A stretch of 64,000 nt of DNA from Cycas panzhihuaensis. Lineage: Eukaryota > Plantae > Cycadophyta. The position numbers and the translations under genes were made by a program. The stretch covers positions 153,085,741-153,149,740 of the forward strand of contig CM041465.1 of NCBI GenBank assembly GCA_023213395.1, in the 5' to 3' direction. Below, piece after piece: positions 57,576 to 64,000 of this stretch. Under the pieces are notes generated by a model. It was not told the DNA's origin, made no database searches, and worked only from the letters and a program-made list of their open reading frames with translations. Within the stretch, counting starts at the first letter, position 1. Each line of letters opens with the position of its first letter.

Positions 57576-58739
57576 AATAGAGAAGGACACAAACTCAAAG
57601 GCAAGTTGATAAACATGGGGAAATAGAGTCAACCCATGCCTTATCCCACATGCCAAGAAGGTGCTAACTATTATATACATGATTTCTCTCTCTCTCTCTC
57701 TTCCTTTTTTTTTTTTTTCTTTAGAAAGGATGTCATTCCATGCAATGGTTTAGATGAGGGTCACGGTAAACCTAACATCATTGAACTCATTTTCTAGATG
57801 GCTCATCTCATCCACCCTCATGCCTATTAGGGGATAGGTGACTATGATCATCACACAATTTTCATCAAGGTGTAGTGGATGAGAATGACTAATAACATAG
57901 GAGAGTGTAGTAATAATTAGTGAAACCATGGGAAATTAGGATTTAAAGGGATATAAGTGACAAGAAGCCTAAACTTATGTACTTGAGAGAAAAATTATGG
58001 GTATTTATAAGATGTTTGATCAAAGTATCTCTATGGGATAAAAGGGAAGGTCTTGATTAACTAATTATCAAGGAGTAAGAGGGGTACTACTAATAGGGTT
58101 TGATTTAGTACTAAGTACCTAATGAACCATGGGAGAAAGAAAGATAATATGTAATCACTTACACAAGAAAATTTCTAATTACTTGGAAGATAATTTATAA
58201 ACTGTAAAAGATAGATGAGGAGTCTAATAGTTAGCTCACCAATTGACTAAGGGATGAAGAATATCTAAATTATTGAGAGTACATGAAAAGTTATTGGGTA
58301 GTTTAAAAGAGTCAAGAATGAGTGATAGTACCATGAATATCTATGACTTATTCTAAGGTAGAAGTTGCTTGGGCATCATAGAACACCAAATGGAGAAGCT
58401 AACTAGTTGCACCAATAACAGAGGATCATCATGTTGAGCTAAGTTAAGAGAGGATGAAAGATGAAAAGGCTTTGAATAAAATGAAGAAAGGGGGAATGAT
58501 GTAACTATAAATTTTTATTATTTTATAGTTTTCAATTTCTTTTCTATTTTTTAGATCACAAAGTATATACATTTAGCTTATACTCATTTTTGGAGAGGTG
58601 CCCCCCCAAACATGAGTCTTAGGGAAAGTAAGATGTTTGAGCTAGCATAGTTTTGGCTTGTTAAGAGGAAGATTTTTAGAGTTATAGTTTATACTCATTA
58701 TGGAGATATGTTAATCATGGTGCTTTCTCAAAATTTAAA

Positions 58740-61700
58740 AATTTAAAAGTTTTCAAAACTCAAGCCTATTAAGGGTGGAGAGATAATAGGCTCTATTATT
58801 TAGATTTTCTATAAATAAATAAGGGCCTACCCACTTGGAGTCAATTTTTTTTTGTTTTTCATATAAATATTCAAGTTTAAATACTTTGTCTCCTATATGA
58901 AATTTTCTTAGTCTCAAATATTAATCATGAGCTACCTGGGCTTGATGTTTTAAGGCCAAGTTCTTTTTATAGTTATCAAGATGGGTTTCATCCATCTTCT
59001 TAAGTTCTAAAAGTCTTACCTACCTCAACCATTCTTCATTAGTGAAGTGTGTAAATGAGACCTTAAGTGAGAGGATCTTAATCTCTAATGAGAGTATGAC
59101 TTTAGTTCTATAGACTAATAAAAATGAATCATCCATGTAGCTATCCTAATTGAAGTACAATAAGCCCATAAGGTCAGGAAAAGTTGAGTATGCCAATCTT
59201 GTTAGGAGTCATCAATTGTTTTAGCCAAGACCCTTATCAAGGTTTTGTTAAAGGCTTCGATTTGGCCATTAGCCTATGGGCAGTAAGGGGATGATGTCCT
59301 ATGGGTGATATAGAATTGATTATAGAGTTTGTCAACTTGAGAATTATAAAATAGAGTTTCATTATCTGTGATGATAATATCAAGGACTCTAAACCAATAG
59401 ATGATGTATTGGAAGATGAAAGTTGTAACTACTTTTCCAGTGGTATTTATCAAAGGGATTGCCTTACTCCATTTTGTAAAATATTTAGTTTTAGTCAAGA
59501 TGAACTTATGTTTGGCAAATAATGGGAGGTAAATTTGCCCAATAAGGTCAAGACCCCATTGAGAGAATGGCCAAAGGGCAAGTATCTTTTGAAGTGAAGT
59601 GGCTAGTTAATGGATAAGAGAAGAATGCATTAGCATTTTTTACACTTTTATACATATGAATGTATATCTTTAAATAGAAATGGCCAATAACAACCTATTT
59701 AAAGGATTTATAAGTTTATTAACTAACCACCACAAATATCATCATGGTATTTGCCTGAAGTAAATTAGGCCTCTAAAGATGAAACATATCTTAGCAAGAT
59801 TCCATCAAAAGATTGTTTGTATAATATGTCATCCAAAAAAGGGATTAGTGAATAGAGGACCTTATTCTTTTTCTCTTCTCAGAATAGACATTAGGGGGTA
59901 AGTTTGGTATGAGAGATAAACTTGAATGTCATCATACCAATTGTGATCAATAGGGATAGTGTCAACTTGTAGGATATGTTTATGTGGGAGTAGGTCATTG
60001 ACACTCATGGAATTATGATTGGGAAGTGGTTCTATGGCTAGATATTCATTAATAACTATTCCCTTTTTTTACTTGATTAACTATGCTTAAGTCAAATTCT
60101 TGTAGTAGAAGGGCCCACCTACTAGCTCGTCCTGCTAAGTCCATCTTGGTGAGTAGTAAATGAATCAGATCAGACTGGAGGATCATAAGAGCAATATTAC
60201 TTACAAAGTAATGTCATAGCCTTTTGGTAGAATAAAACCAAATCCAAACACTCTTTTTTAGATGAGGAATATTTAAGGCTGGCAGTTACCAAAGTATGAC
60301 TAATGAAGTAGATAACTTATTCTTTAGAAAATTTATCTTCTTGGGCTAACATGGTGCCCAAAGATTCTTATATAAAGGAAGTATATATGATAAATGACTT
60401 ATCAAAATTAGGTAGGGCAAGGATAAAAAGCTAAGATGAGGGCTTCTTTAAGCTTGTCAAAAGATTCTTGAGTGGCTAAGGTCCATTTGATAAGGGCATT
60501 TTTCTTGAGTAAGTTAGTTAAGGGTTTAACATTTAGGGCAAAATTAATGAGGAATTGTCATAAAAAACCAAGTCTACTCAAGAAGGATTTTACTTGTTTT
60601 TTAGTACGTGGTGGTGGCATATTAACAATGGCTACAAGTTTATTTGAATCTACCCCATTACCATCTTTGAAGATAATATTACAAAGTATCTTTCTAAAGG
60701 CAACAGTAAAAATACATTTGTTATGGTTTAAACAAAGTTGGTATTTTTGACATCACTCAAAGATGGTCTTTAGGTAATGAATGTGGTCCCCTTGATGATG
60801 TGATAGATTTGGCATGTCATCGAGTTATATTACTAAAGTATGTTCAAATAAGTCATGAAAGATAAAGACCATGACTTGCTAGTAAGTTGCGCTAGTATTT
60901 TTAAGGCCAAAGGACATAACCTTATAAACAAATGTACCCCAAGGGGTAGTGAAGGTAGTCTTATGGTGGCTTTTAGGGGAGATAAGGATTTGATTATAGC
61001 CTAAAAAACCATCCATGAGGGACATCATTTCAAAGTTGATGATTTGATCCCATATCTGATCAATAAAAGGGAGTGGAAAATTATCTTTGGGATAAGAGTT
61101 ATTTATATCACGAAAGTCAATACAAATGCAAATAGAACTATTCTTTTAGAAATAGGGATAATGATGGATACCCATTTGAATAATCAATAGATTCAATAAA
61201 TCTTGCCCTAAGAAGCTTTTCTAGTTCTTGTTTGATGGTGGTAGATGATCACATGTGAATATGCCTTTATTTTTAACATTTAGGTTTGCCCCCTAATATA
61301 ATAGTGATATCATAAACCATGATATCAGGGTAAATTCCCTTTATATCCAAATAACCCCATGTAAAAATGTAGGAAAACTTGATAAAAAGGTTTTGTAAGT
61401 GTTCCACTTTAGAAGGGAAACCACTAGCACTAACTTTCATCAATTTGGGCTCTTAATGAGTCCCTAGGTTAATGTCGATGGTATCCTTGACTAACATAGT
61501 ATTTCCCTCTTCAAAATGAGATGGAGCTAGATTGAGAGGTAGTGAAGGAAGGATAACTTACTAGTCACAAGTCGATGAGGATTAGTCATAGTGGATACAT
61601 TTAGCAAAACCTAGTTTATGATGATTAGGTGATAAAGTAGGATAGGAACCAACCAAATGTTTAAGAATAGCCTCATCATTCTTAAAATGGTTGAAATAAA

Positions 61701-61840
61701 AGATGCTTTTGGAAAGGGAGTGGTTCTTAGAAAGAGGAGAATAAGGGATTTTATTTATGGGAGTTGATTGGGATAATATAAGAATCAATGCATAGGGAAA
61801 GACATCTATAAGAGAAGGTGTTATATGTAAAGGGGACATC
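58740..61840 (-). pseudogene. pol of B2 (RT, RNase H, integrase)
   Basis: ICIDFRDIN, LMDGFLGYNQI, MSFGLKNTSATY, WPFSQWGLDLIGQI, YFTKWSKAIP, IITDN, TSSPYCP. Confidence 0.9.
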
Positions 61841-61879
61841 TGAGTAAGAAATCTCTAATCAATTTATGCCAAGATATCA

Positions 61880-64000
61880 ATTGAGATGGTATGCTTGACT
61901 ATGGGGTAACGTAATTAAGGGAATCTAACATTAAGCATGGTATATATACTTACTCGTATTGTTCCTACTCAGAAGAGGAAGTGCTTTACAGGAGAACAAT
62001 AGTAATCATATGAATCAGTTTAGGTTCTTCAGGTGCATCTCATAAAACAAGTTGTTTCTTATAAAAAATTCTTTCATGATACATAGTCAAAGTTTTAATA
62101 GTCACTTTAACAGGTCACATTAAGGGGTTTTGTTGCTTTAAGCATCATTAGGTTTGTAATGAAGATTCCTCTTCCTCCTAAGTATGCATTTGGCCTCCTT
62201 CACCATATTTAACCTTATTTCTCATTGTCATAAACTAATAAAAGTCTATTCAACTCTAGTTAGCCTTTGTGATGATTGTCCTTCTAATCTTTCTCAACTC
62301 ATTAAGTGTTGTGGCATCTTAGTTTATGTGTTTTTTGTCTCTTTCCTTTATTTATGGTCCTTCTATTCTACTCATCTTGGTATTTATGTTTATGTTTAAT
62401 GACCTACTTGCTCATGCTTCTATTATCGATATTTTGTTGTGTATATGATGACTATGAGATGCATTTCCTTGTTTCTGTGTTGGACATGTGGGCAACTACT
62501 TTGTTGGCTTATTCCTCTATGTGATGATTGGACATTATATTAAGTGGCTATCTCCACATTGAATGTCTTTGATCTTATGCTTTGCATTATGTATTCAATT
62601 GATCAAATGTAAAGTCACAGGTTACCAAAGTTTGCAAGTTGTCACATGCAAGTAGCCTCATGCATAGGTCATCAAAATTCATAAGAGGTTTATTTTTTTA
62701 TTTCTATTTTTATATAGTTTGAAACTTTATAATATAAAATTTAGAATATTCATATTTTAACAAAATTCCCCTTTTAACAGTTTAAAAATTCATCATTTTA
62801 ATCCTTATTTTAGTATTTTGATTCAATATTTATAATAATTTTCATTCAGTATTATAGAGATCCTTTTTAATTCTTTTCACTAATAGAGATTACATTTCGT
62901 TGAAATTAATAATCACCAATAGAGAACCTTAAGACCATAGTCATTATATAATTTTTTTTATTAGAGAAAATCAAGTGTTTGGCTTATAAACACTTTAGTG
63001 AGAGGATATTAGAATAAAGGTCTTCATATTCTATTGTCTTCAAGGATTGATTATCAAGGTTGCATGTGACATTTTTTACCTTGCATATGAGTTTTTCCAC
63101 CTACATGTGACATATGTCTGTTTGCATATCTCAAAGCCTATTATTTGGTGCTTGATTGCTTACATGTTGTATTTCTTGTTGCATGTCTTCTCTAAAACTA
63201 TATGTTAGTATCCAACTACTTACAATTGAAACTTTACAACATGCATATTAAAAATTGCCTAAGAAACAAAATAGCTTAACTAAGAAACTAGATATTAATA
63301 CATGTCACATATGTAAATCTTAAACATCAATTAGATCTTATAAATTAACTAGTAATTACAGTTGATAATATACTATGAATATGCTTTGATACTAAGATAT
63401 TATAGTAAGGCATGTAATGAAGACAATAATTGGTAAGATTAACTATCAAAATATTAGAAATTAAATCTAAAAGTTTTGATTTAATCTCTATTCATTAAAT
63501 GCCTTACATTACATAAGTGACTCAATAATCCTTACTTCTCACTAATGCATTTTACAAAATAACCTATATGTATAATATATAATACTTAATATAATATCTG
63601 TCCTACCTAATGTGACACATATGAGGTGAGAGTCATAACCCCCCTTGACTCATCACTTCATGAAACATAAAATAATCTTACACTAAAATAATACAAAAAT
63701 TAAAGGGTAGGTCCATAACCTAAGGTTATAAACTTGTGAAATAAATATTAAAGTCTAACAAAAGGCACAAAACATAATATTAGATCAAGACCTTGTGTCT
63801 ATTGATAAATACATTTGATTACAATTAATTCATAAACCAATTTTTTTTTGAAAAATAGGAATATAATTAAACTAAAGAAATCATATAAATTTTATGATAT
63901 TTTGCATTTAGAATGTATTTTAATGTATATTTACAATTAAGAAAATCAAAAGTCATTCACAAATGTGATGATTGTATAGAATTTTAAACATTAAGTGTAT
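61880..64000. other. Unassigned AT-rich sequence with dispersed CATGTG/CACATG-like motifs
   Basis: No recognisable domain. TGCATGTGAC/GTCACATG variants recur at 62610-63630. Confidence 0.35.

Larger units (their letters stand above)
43561..61860 (-). mobile_element. Family B copy B2 (RT-RH-INT, aRH, antisense PMD gene), interrupted by A4; LTRs not identified
   Basis: pol motifs at 58740-61840; continuity across the ATAAC TSD of A4; homology to B1. Confidence 0.8.

Overview
No host gene is recognisable. The window is a stack of nested plant retrotransposons, and the Tat-type architecture suggests a gymnosperm (inference). It holds six Ty3/gypsy Tat-like copies from two families: family A with ~2.4-2.9 kb LTRs (A1 1-4443 -, A2 ~11400-17841 +, A3 29682-43052 -, A4 43902-55643 - with both LTRs and TSD ATAAC) and family B (B1 17842-29681 +, B2 ~43561-61860 -). 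There are also three Ty1/copia elements: an old, AT-eroded one at 4444-~11400, a young one at 21273-28820 with 298-bp LTRs differing at 2 sites, and a Tnt1/Tork-like one at 35188-40511. A 5'-truncated L1-type LINE lies at 18315-20170. The main signal, largely invisible in the ORF track because of nonsense mutations, is an accessory region downstream of integrase. It contains an antisense, intron-containing plant mobile domain (PMD, MAIN/MAIL-like) gene and a detached archaeal-type RNase H. The two occur in opposite order in families A and B, are bracketed by a short conserved direct-repeat motif, and are both absent from copy A4. All coding regions are pseudogenised. Boundaries without a TSD are approximate and all alignments were done by eye.
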